From assembly GCA_964016885.1 (NCBI GenBank), contig OZ024743.1:47492001-47556000 (forward strand): DNA of 64,000 bases, read 5' to 3'. The notes beneath the pieces were generated by a model. That model did not search any database, was not told the origin of the DNA, and saw only the letters and a list, made by a program, of their open reading frames with translations. This DNA comes from Eledone cirrhosa. Taxonomy: Eukaryota. Every line of letters starts with the position of its first letter. Position 1 is the first letter of the stretch. The position numbers and the translations under genes were made by a program. Below are positions 1 through 10,861 of this stretch, piece by piece.

Positions 1-195
1 TTTACACAGATTTTAAGATGAAAATTTCGCCCCAAAAAGAGGCGAAAATTAGTTAACTCAACGTCTGAAGGCCCAGACAAGGGGTTAAACTAAACAATAC
101 TAACAAATTGAACAATGAACTCACAGTTTTTTTAACAATAATCCGTAAAAATCCGGAGCGAAGTAATGCACGTCTATCGAATGGAAGAGAGTCCC
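1..195 (-). mobile_element. 5' end (5'UTR) of a diverged Tx1-like element that continues left of the window
   Basis: Aligns by eye to the 5'UTRs at 10420-10610 and 16275-16470 (tttcgcccc...ggcgaa; gtctga...cagac; gcgaagt...acgtcta). Confidence 0.7.
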
Positions 196-960
196 GTATA
201 GTAGATATAGAGAGGGCGAGAAATTGATGTTTATTGATATAGAGAGAAGTTGGGGAGAGAGTGTTGTATGGTTGATGTAGAGAGGGCGAGTGTTTGGTGT
301 TAATGAATAGAGTGAGAGTATTGATAGAGATATGTATTGATAGATATAGAGAGGGGGAGACTTGGGTAGTGATGGATAGAGTGAGAGGGAATGAGAGAGA
401 GTGTTGTATGATAGATATAGAGAGTGAGGTAGTTTGTTGGTAATTGATAAAGTGGGGGGGATTGGAAGAGAGAGTGTCGTGTAGTAGATATAGAGAGTGG
501 TAGATTTCAATGCTTGTAGACATAATGAGGGGGTTTGTAGAGATAAATATTGCTAATTATAGAGAGGGGTATTAGCAGAAACAGTATCATAAAAGATATA
601 GAGGGGGGGTCTGTAATGGACAGAGAGAGAACAATTACGAGAGAGTTTGGGCATGATTGATATAAAGAGGGGGATTGTGAGAGTGTTTTGTATGTTAGAT
701 ATAGAGAGGGGGAGAATTTGGTGGTTGTAGATATATAGAGAGGATAATGGGAGAGTGCCGTGTAGTAGACATAGAGAGGGGGAGAGTTTAGGTGTGATTG
801 ATATAGGGAGGGGGATTGTGAGAGTGTTTTGTATGTTAGATATAAAGAGGGGGAGAATTTGGTGGTTGTAGATATAGAGAAAGGATTATAGGAGAGTGCC
901 GTGTAGTAGGCATAGAGAGGGTCCCAAATAATAGGAGGGGTGGATATAAATGAGGAGGGG
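196..960. repeat. Degenerate GATA/GA-rich minisatellite
   Basis: Recurring tagatatagagaggg-like units; 655-790 and 795-920 are near-duplicates. Confidence 0.7.
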
Positions 961-1282
961 GGGGTCTTGGGAAATCGATAAGAAAATTGTATAGTGTACG
1001 TTCGTAAATATGGGATTCCTTGTGATGTTCTTTTTTTGTCGTATATAATATTTTTTAATGTAAAATAAAATAATTTCCTGTGAATTATTTACGGACGTAA
1101 GAATGAAAACTCAATACCGAAGAAGAGTTTAAATATTTATATATTATGGCTAAGTGATGAGCCTTGTTACTTTGGATTTTCACCTGGGTACTCACAGGAT
1201 CATCAGACATGACTGGTGTTCCTGTGGGTGGACAGGTGAAAATTTAGAGGAACACAGCTCACGAATAGCCGTAATACATCAA

Positions 1283-1284
1283 TG

Positions 1285-1327
<43 letters not shown>

Positions 1328-1458
1328 GTATGTATATATATATATATATATATGTGTGTGTATATATATATATATGTGTGTGTGTATATATATATATGTG
1401 TCTGTGTGTATATATATGTGTGTGTGTGTGTGCGTGTGTGCGTGTGTGTGTGTATATA

Positions 1459-1523
<65 letters not shown>

Positions 1524-1524
1524 C
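1283..1524. repeat. Compound (TA)n/(TG)n microsatellite
   Basis: Direct inspection. Confidence 0.95.
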
Positions 1525-1788
1525 TATGGATTATATACAAGTTTCTACATAACTTGGACATTATTTATCCCAACTTGTAGAAATCTTATAACGAAACGAT
1601 CGTATGGAAAGAAAGAGAGATTTATTTAATTATGTCTCATATAAAATAATACAACCAACTTTCCACGAAATACTATATAGTTAGCACCCCAAACACTTAA
1701 TTGGGATTATACTTAGGTATATCCTAATGTTTGTTGAGTGAGATGGAGTTGGTCAGAGTATCGCTTAAAGCTTTCTCTGTTAATGTAT

Positions 1789-1868
<80 letters not shown>

Positions 1869-1869
<1 letters not shown>

Positions 1870-3009
1870 TAGCAGCAGTACCCAGCGTAGGTAAAATAAT
1901 ATCTGCTTTGCTGAAAAGGTGTTGATCTTAGCGACTGCTTCTCGATGACTCATCTATGGTCACACACAGGCCATGCGGGGGAGGGTGGTGATTACCTCTA
2001 TCACTGAGAAACGCGGGTGACTGACGAAGGGGCATGCTGGGAGAGGGGGGTAATGACCTCTAACACTAAGCCAAATTTCCTCACGTTACTTGATTGGAAA
2101 CCGATGAATTCTCAAATACACAACTAAAAGCTCAGACGACGTCAGTGGCCATCGTTTTGCCTTTGACCATCTACTGGATAATTGGATGGAATTATAGAAT
2201 CGTAAACATCATTTGCAGCAAATGTTGAAAAGTTAAGATGATTTACTGCAGATGCTGAGAATTTAGAAGTCGTATTAAAGATTAAAGTGGCTGCCACGCC
2301 GTTCTATCGTAGTATAAAGGTTGAACCAAATAAATTGATTTGTGTGTGAGGTGGAGCCGAAGTTTCGAATTTGAACGAAATCGGTTGAAAAATGTGGGAG
2401 CTAGAGCCGAAAAGGCGGAAATTTGAGCGAAAAGGTGGTTTTTTTCGAATATTTAAGAGGCTGCCACGCCGTTCCTGAACAAAAATTCCAAAATGTAAAG
2501 CCACTTTAAGACGTAAAATAATCAGATCTAGCGTAGTGTAAATTTTGAACAAAGTAGGTTGATTAATGTGGGAGCTAGAGCCGAAAATTTGAGTCTAAAA
2601 GTGGTATTTTTGAATATTTAAGCGGCTGCCACGCCGTCCTTGAACAACAAATGCAAAATATAAAGCCATTACAGGATGTGCAATGGTAAATTCTATTCTG
2701 CTTTAAAATTTGAACGAAATCGGTTGCAAAATATGGGAGCTAGAGCCAAAAATCTTATTTTTCGATACCTAAAAAAGGTGACCCCCCTATCGATTTTTAT
2801 CTGCAGAATGACCCCGGAATTTTAAAAAAACGATACGCTGATATATAGAAAACACTCCCCGATGACTAATCTATGAGCCTGTAAAGTTTCATGAAAATCG
2901 GTCGTAAGATGTAGGCCCCTATAGGTAATATACAGACACACAGACACACATACACAGACACACATACTTAATACACAGACACACATACTTAATTTTATAT
3001 ATATACAGA
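1869..3009 (-). mobile_element. Non-autonomous Helitron-like element
   Basis: Minus strand starts TC (3009-3008) and ends CTAG (1872-1869) next to (TA)n. Has an aagtttcatgaaaatcggt motif plus acagac repeat near the 5' end, as in Lep1-type elements. Three internal ~165-170 bp repeats (ggctgccacgccgt at 2289, 2459, 2623). The 3' hairpin is decayed. Confidence 0.6.
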
Positions 3010-3540
3010 CTAGCAGAAAACCACCCGGTGGGCGGTTTTTTCTGCTAGCAAATCTAGTGTATATACTGATATTGTTGAGATTTGGATGAGAAATGTTTTC
3101 GGCACCACATGTTCACCGTCTCTTGGTGTGTCTTTTATGCATGTATAAATATATATGTTATCTATACGGTGAAATCTTTGAAATAAATATATGTTAAAAC
3201 GAAAAAGGAGAAAAAGAGATTAGTGACGGAAATATAAACGTTATGATATAACGATGGAAATATATCTTCAAATGGTTCTTGGCATGGTGTCAAGTCAGAA
3301 CCGCCTCGAACTGGTTACTTCTGGCTTGTGCAAGGTGTCTCTATAGCAACCAGCGATTCCCTCGGCCTCAGTGACCAAAGTCAGTGGAGAGGGGAAGGTA
3401 ATGTTTCTATAGCGACAGTGTTTCTCTTGGTAGTACCAAAGTGGAGAAAGGAAGGGGAAGGTAATATTTCTGTAGCACCTACATTTGAGTTTTAGGGAAG
3501 GACAGACAGACAGACAGACAAACAGAGAAATGCCCATATA
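3010..3540 (-). mobile_element. Second non-autonomous Helitron-like element
   Basis: 3' CTAG at 3010-3013 with adjacent GC-rich hairpin accacccggtgggcggt; (GACA)n tract near the other end. Confidence 0.55.
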
Positions 3541-3544
3541 TTTA

Positions 3545-3615
<71 letters not shown>

Positions 3616-3639
3616 CACACACAGAAATGTATATATATT

Positions 3640-3674
<35 letters not shown>

Positions 3675-3868
3675 TACACACACAGAAATGTATATATATT
3701 TCTGTGTGTATATATATATATTACACACACAGAAATGTATATATATTTCTTAGAACAAAATTATTATTAATGTTTTGCTGTTCATAACAATTGGAATTGA
3801 AAAATTACTTTTGAAATTATTAGTTATTTTACTAATGCTTAGATATGTAAAAATGAAGCAATGTTTCT

Positions 3869-4061
3869 AATAATTGTTTCTACTTTTGGCACAAGGCCAG
3901 CAATTACCCAGTACATTACTGGTACTTTATTTTATCGACCCCGTGAGGATGAAAGGCATAGTTAACCTCGGCGGGATTTGAACTTTAGACCGTAAAGGGA
4001 CGTAACTCCATGCTATGAAGCATGGTGTCCGACTCTCTACAGATTCTGCCAATCCACCGCC
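3869..4061 (-). mobile_element. tRNA-derived SINE with Meta-like core, full length
   Basis: Minus strand shows an A box (TGGCAG..TC.GTAG), B box (GTTCAAATCCC), core gcctttcatcct.acggggtcgataaa and ATT tail; many copies in the window. Confidence 0.85.
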
Positions 4062-4065
4062 CTAA

Positions 4066-4344
4066 TGTCTGTACGTAATGAGGGAGTGAGAGGGGAGAGA
4101 AAGAAAGGCAGAGGTGAAGTGACGAAGTGACTCTCTCCTCCTCCTCCTCCTCCTCTTCATTCGTCACAGCGATAGAGGGGAGGAATTTTAGTGTGTTACA
4201 AAGAGAAAGAGTGAGAGTGAGAGAAACAGACAGACGAAAAGAGAGGGATAGCTGGAGAGAGAGAGAGATAGCAACCACGCGCGCACGTGTTTCCACTGTC
4301 GGACAGACAGACAGAGAAATTGCTGGTTATATATTATAAGGAGA
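4066..4344 (-). mobile_element. 5' part of another Helitron-like element
   Basis: A|TC start on the minus strand at 4344 followed by a (GTCT)n tract resembling 3500-3530. Confidence 0.35.
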
Positions 4345-4748
4345 TATATATATATAGGAGATGAATAAATTTGGTATAATACCAGTTTATTACCAAATGC
4401 GAAAAAGCTCGATATATCAACCCTTAGGAAAGGGTACAGAGCATTATTCTTTTTTTACATTATATATATAAGGGACAGTGAAACTAAGGGAAGGGGCAAC
4501 GAGGCCATGATCCCCACCCTACCCCCAATCTACCAAAACACACATCTATTTGGATATGCGCTACAATTTATGTTTATCGCATATCGAAGTTTTCTGACCA
4601 TTTATGAGTGCAAAGAACTAAACTAATCACTACAAGTAAATTGACCAAATTTGTCCCCACCCCTACGCCCACCCTGCCACCAATTCAGAAATGCTGTATA
4701 TGGAAGTGATATATTAGGTTAACGCTTGATATAGCAGGAAGAGGGTCT

Positions 4749-4777
4749 TAACGTTTCGGACGCTAGTCCTTCATCAG
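4749..4777 (-). ncRNA. Minimal type I hammerhead ribozyme motif (Penelope-like)
   Basis: Minus strand reads CUGAUGA-A-GGAC(uagc)GUCC-GAAA-CGUUA, with palindromic stem III AACGUU. Confidence 0.65.
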
Positions 4778-5129
4778 AAAAAACAATGAGAAATAAGATA
4801 GATTGAGGAGACGGGTGTGCTGGAATTGGAAAAAATGCCTTTAGATAAAAATAACAGGTCATTCATGTTGACATCTTTTATATATATAGATAGAGAGAGA
4901 GATAGATAGATAGATTTCTTTATTTACCATAAAGGCATAAAAAGAAGGGACAAATACAAAAGGGGAGTTTACATAAAACCGAGTAAAAAGGGTATAAAAT
5001 GAAAATAATCGAAAACAACCTCAAAAGGGAGGGGACGTGATGGGGGTTGCACACACCCCCGAAAAAGTGTGCAATCCTTTGCCCGGGGAGCACATGGAGG
5101 AGGTGCTCCCCTCTCCTTCACTTCTTTAC

Positions 5130-8100
5130 CTACAGGATGGTATACAGAGAAGGCCCATTTAGACGAGCCATTCTCGCCACTATCACCCACCTTTCATAAA
5201 ACTGGCTGTGGCCAAGCACCTCTCTCTCCATTCTTATCCTTCTTCCGAAGTGATATCGGAAGAAGTAGACCAGACTATGGCCAGAGAGGAAGTTGCCTGA
5301 CCTCAGACCTTTCAATCGTGTCCACCAAACAACCTCTTTCAACATGGCTATTACGCACAGAAAAACCGCCTTTGCTTCCTTTGTGAAGAGGGGAGGCGGT
5401 TTGATTGTCATCACGGACTCGGCGGTCAATCGAATTGGCGCCACCCGCGACAGCAGTCGTTCGGCGTAGCCCCACAGATCAGCCACGCCCGGACATTGCA
5501 CCAATGCGTGCGCAACGGTTTCTTCGTGACGCACGCATCTAGGGCAAATCTTTTTCGAGGGATCCCTGCCCGGGCGCCCGTGTCTGTAGAGCTTTTCTCG
5601 AACGGGTAGAGCCCCCCGGTAGCACTGCCAGGCCAGTGACTTCTGGAAGTTGTCCATTGGTCCCGGGCCGAAAGTCCTACCGAACAGGCTGGCCAGTTCG
5701 TCCTCTTCCATGTCCAGCAACTCTCCAAGGGTGTCATCGCCCCTGCTAGCCACCAGCCCTCTATAGAATGTTGAGGTGGATTCTTCACCGATGGCCGGGT
5801 CCGCTTGCCAGAGAGCCCTGAGCGCCTGGGCACACTCAGTGTGCCAGTCGCCCAGTTTTCCGGATCTTTGCTTGACCCAGGACTGCAGCTCGGTGAGCGA
5901 GACGAGTCTCGGAAAGGCTCGTCTCACGAACGGAGCCCACACCGGTTGACCAGTGAGGAATACCTGTAGGTGCCGTAGCCTTAATGCGTGCCTACGCATC
6001 ATCAACCAAGGCATCCCCAGCCCTCCTTTCGAAGGTTGTTGGCAGCAGATGGATCTTCTCACCATAGGAGGGCGCTTTTTCCAAAGAAATCGAAAGAGCA
6101 TGCGTTCCATGGTGGTGAGTGTTTCCTTAGGGCAAGGCACGACAGTCAAGCGGTAGTAGATGACGGACGCTATGTAAATGTTCGCCACCTACAGCTTACA
6201 CTTGGCCCATTTCTGCGTCAGCGCAAACACCTTGCTCGTAACCTCGCCCCAGTTCTTTTCCACCTGGAGGTCCGGTCCAAACCAGACCCCAAGCAACTTC
6301 ACCGGGCCCTCCGTCCAGTGTCCGACGACACCGTCGGGAGGCATCGGTCTGCCTCTCCACGTTCCGAGTTGCAGCCCGATGGATTTTTCCCGGTTCAGTT
6401 TCGCTCCTGACAAACTTTCGTATTCCTCCAGTAAGGTGCCGATCGCCTCGATCTTCGAGTCGGTCGATACCATTACTGTTACGTCATCGGCGTAGGCCGA
6501 CACCGCTTTGCTCAATCCTGGTTCCAGAGGGATACTCCAACAACTCCAACTTCCTCAGTAAAGGCTCGAGAGTCAATACGTACAGAAGGGAGGAGAGAGG
6601 GCACGCCTGTCGAATTGATCGTGTGATTTCAAACGGCTTCGAAAGGTAGCCGTTCACCTTGATCCTAGAACAGATGTGGTTGCTATGTAAGGCAGTGATC
6701 CAGCCTCTGAAAACAGGGCCGAACCCAGCCGCCGCTAGCACCGCATCCAGGTAACCATGGTCGACCCTATCGAACGCCTTAGACTGATCCAAGTTGATCA
6801 GGGCCCCACCGAAGCCGAGTTTGTTGCCAACCCTCTCTATGATGTATCGCATGAGGTGGAGGTTATCGTGAATGGACCTGGATGGGATAGCACATGTCTG
6901 CACATCTCCCACCAGGCTACCCACGACAAGCGCCAACCTCTTTGCTAACACCTGGGCCGAAAATTATTTATATTATCCCCCGTGTTCTCGTCCTTCCTCA
7001 CCAGCGAGACTACGCCCTTGGCTACAGAACAAGGAATTCTCCTGTTCTGCTGCCAATTGCAGTAGACTGCTTCGAGGAGTTCGGAGAAGAAGACCGGCAT
7101 TGCCAAATAAAGTTCGTAAGGTATACCATCGAGACCTGGAGATTTGCGTTTGCTGCATTGGCTCAGCGCATCCCCGATCTCATCAGCCGAGATTGGTCCC
7201 TCGCAGGATTCTGCCTCTTCGCTCGAGAGACGCGGCAGGCCGTCGAGGTATGGACCGAAATCCACGTCCCCGCCCGGAACCCCGCCTCCCCCGAACAATC
7301 GGGCAAAGTGCCTTTGAAAGGCCTCGCACATCTGCTTAGGCTCCCGGATCACCCGTCCATCCTCGTCTTGCAAAGACTGGATGGTGGATCGATTTCCACT
7401 CTTAGCTTCTGTCACGCGGGCCCAGCCAACGGCTTTGGCCCCCTCATTACCTAGAGCACGTATTATACTTCGAATGACGCAGCCTTCGTGCTTTGCATCG
7501 AAAAACTGGCTCAAGCTAGTCCTCGATGCCAGCACTCTGGCCACATCTTCGCTCTTGATTGCCTCTTCTAATTTACCTGTTAATTCTTTCTCGTTCCTAT
7601 TCCTATCGGCAGCTAACATCTTGCTATAACTTATTGATTCTGTTCTAATCTCTCTTTTGAGAGATGCCCACCATCGGTTGTTGACGATTGCACCCGTCAA
7701 CCTCTCCTTAATTCGGTCTCTGTAAGCCTCTTTTGCCGGTAAAGACAAATTAAGTTTACAGTAACCGGGACCCTGTCTATGTGTTCTCTCAAGGTTGACT
7801 ATGCAGGTCACTAATTTGTGATCTGTATAGCCAACCGTGAGCATTTCTGGACAGCTTAATATGTCCCTATCCTTACTTCTAACTAAGAATCTATCTAAGT
7901 ACGATCTAGATTGACCACTGTGGTTCGTCCAAGTCCAGGTTGGCACAGTTGGAAAATCTAGTCGATATCTATCGACCAAGTTAAAACGGTCTAGTAACCC
8001 CTTGAGGCTGTTACACCCCCCTCTATTAGGACATGCTCCTGCATAGTCCCGACGTGCATCTAGGATGTCATTCCAGTCCCCCGCTAGAAGCAGGGAACGC

Positions 8101-8497
8101 GACGTACCCAGAAAAGTCTCCAGACGCTGGAAGAAGTCGGGTCGTTCAGCTCCGAAAGGGGAGTAGACGGCGACCAGTCTCAAGGCCGCACCTCCACTAC
8201 TGCCAACGTCTAGCACCAACAGACGACCTTCCGTGTCCGAGTGAACAACCTGTACGGCGAGACCCAGGTGTTTTTACAGCAGTACGACAACCCTACCCCC
8301 ACTTCCAGGTTGACAGGGAGATGCGTGCACCTCAAAGTCATCGAAGGTAGGGGCCAGCTGCCGCACCACGCTGATCCGAGTCTCACAGATAACCATTATT
8401 TTATACCACGTGACCTGAGGTCATTTAGAAGCTTTGCTTGCTTCCAAGTTGAGCCCAGGCCACGTGCATTCAAACATCCTACTCTTAACACATCCAT
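5130..8497 (-). pseudogene. Tx1 ORF2 (APE endonuclease, RT, CCHC), broken into several ORFs
   Basis: GDWN, YLDRF, TDHK, SPGLDG, LDQSKAFDRV, YADD and CPRC..H....C motifs spread over ORFs 6945-8219, 6484-6951, 6189-6515 and 5130-6188. Confidence 0.92.
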
Positions 8498-8530
8498 GTG
8501 GGCGGCAAAGCCAAAGTAGAGTGTAGGGAC

Positions 8531-10256
8531 TTACCTTTCTGCTTCCCGGGGTTCGGGTCGCACGACTTCCATGGGTTCTGGGGTGTTGGGTGAAGGGGTG
8601 TCTTGTGGTGGTGTGGGGTCGTCAGTGTGTGGTGGGGTTGGGGTGTTTGGAGTTGTGTTGGGGAGGGGAAGGGGAGGGGGAAAGCTTTTTAGGAGGATGC
8701 GGTTTATGGGTTTGACAGAGGGTGGTCCTACGTCCTCCTTAAAATCCTTTTTTAGTTTTTGGTAGAGGTTCATTGGGATCTTTATTAATTTTAAATGTGG
8801 GTAGTTTTCTGAAGAAACAAAGTTTACCCCTTCGGTTTGTACCGAAGGGTTATTGTTTATGAGTTCATTTAATTTATTATTGTTTCTGTTGATGTAAGTA
8901 TAGTGTAATGTCTTTTTTCGGATGGTGTGAGTGTTTTGAAGAGGGGAGGGGCAGGTTTGGTTTTGTTTGTTGCTGGAGGGGTGTTTTGTGTTTTGTTGGA
9001 TTGTGTTGACATTTGGGTAGGGGCTGTTTGGCCTTGTGTGTTTTGCACATGTTTTCTTTTTTTCCTTTTAATCTGTCTGAAGGACTCCGTTTCTTCCTCC
9101 GAATTCGTTGGGTTATCTTCAGTGTTGGAGGGAAGAGGTATGTTTGCTGGTAATATTTCCGTGTTGGTTTTCTTTGTGGGGGAGATTGATGTCACTATGT
9201 TAGACTGTGTTGTGTGTTGTGGCTGCGGTGGTTGTGTTGTTTTATTGAGTGAGGGGTTGGGTGGGACTGTGTTTTGTTTTTGGTTAATGTGTTGTGTCTG
9301 TTTGTGCTGTGGTGGTGGTGTAGTTTTACTGAGGGACGGGTTGGGTGGGACTGAGTTTTGTTGTTTGTTTATCTGTTGTGGTGGTGGTGGAGCTGGTGTT
9401 GGTAGCAGGGTTTTCTTCTTGTTGAGTTGGGGACAAGCCGCCTTCAGGTGTCCTCTGCCTCCACGCTAATGTTTATATACCCGTGGCCCTCTAATAGGAT
9501 TCTGTCGGGTATTTGGGCGATGCGTTCAGGCTTCATTTGCACTACAAGTTCTATACCTGTTCCACTGAACGCATTGCTTGTGGTTTTCCCAATGGAAATC
9601 ACGTTGTCATTCGCTGGATCGATGAAGCCAGCTATGAGCCAGCAGTAGTCCACATCTAGCATCATCGCATCCAGCCATATGCGCTGAGTTCTTTTACCCA
9701 TATAAGATGGATAAAGGTAAAATTTGTCGAACGAATCGGCGACAAAGCATATTTTTTTGCCGCTGATACGTTCTTCATAATAATGGCTAGGCTTCCATAC
9801 AGCCTATCTCTTCTTATGAAAGTGGTTTCATTAAGTACTTCTGTAAGTACTGCTTTAATTTCTGCTTGTGTTGGTTGTTGAGGTTTTTTTGAGATGTTGT
9901 TGATGGTGCGGAAAACGACCGTCCGACTTTCAATATCTTTGGTGAGTTCTTGGGCATTTTTACCGATAAGGTTCCCCTTGAGTTATGTATTGTTTGGCGT
10001 TTTTTATTCTTTGTGCCACATCTGAAATATTTTCAGGTATATATGTTAAAGATTTCTTTGTTATTTGTGCAAATGAAATATTATTGGTGTTGACTTTGTC
10101 GTCTGTTTTGCTTTCTGTTATGATGTTGTTTTCAAATGTTCTTTTTGTGTTTGTCGTGTCTTTGTTTGTGGTATTAATATTGTCATGCAATTTTTCAAAT
10201 TTTTTTGTTGTTGGACACAATCTCCAGATTTGTGTTTTCGTCATTTTTCTCCGCAC
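8531..10256 (-). pseudogene. Tx1 ORF1, fragmented; zinc knuckle half deleted
   Basis: Homologous to ORF1 of copy B, with frameshifts and a 31-nt deletion at ~9460. Confidence 0.8.
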
Positions 10257-10861
10257 ATTCGTCTGTTTTTATTTTATTTTTTCTTTCCTTCTCTATGACG
10301 TTAGTTGGGAAGGAAGGGGGGGACTAAAGCGTGCGAGCTTACAACTCTTACCGCTGTCCCCCCCACCACTATTTTCGTTAGCTTCGTTTAACATTTCTGC
10401 CAGACGATTGAAATTTTATGCCACAAAATTTTTAAAAACAGGTTTTTCACCCCTGGGAGGGGCGAAGATGAGCTGACCCACCGCCTGACAGTTCAGACGG
10501 GGGATCAAGCTACACAATAGTATCAAAATTAAAATTAAACTTACAAAATTTCAGCAATAAATTGGAACAAAGCTTCTGCGCGAAGTGAATTACGTCTACG
10601 CTGTCGAACAGACCGTCAACAAATAGGATCTAGATAGATAGATATATTTCTTTATTTACCATAAAGGCATAAAAAGAAGGTACAAATACAAAGGGGGAGT
10701 TTACATAAAACCGAGTAAAAAGGGTATAAAATGAAAATAATCGAAAACAACCTCAAAAGGGAGGGGACGTGATGGGGGTTGCACACACCCCCGAAAAAGT
10801 GTGCAATCCTTTGCCCGGGAAGCACATGGAGGAGGTGCTCCCCTCTCCTTCACTTCTTTAC

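Larger units (their letters stand above)
4915..10630 (-). mobile_element. Tx1/L1-clade non-LTR retrotransposon, full-length copy A (inactivated)
   Basis: ORF1 plus APE-RT-zinc finger ORF2 fragments; near-identical to copy B; ends AATAAAGAAA; flanked by (TAGA)n on both sides. Confidence 0.95.

Noticed and set aside
1154-1925. YI/VC/HT/MYVC-rich ORFs here and throughout the window
   Set aside because: Translations of (TA)n, (TG)n and (ATGT)n microsatellites.
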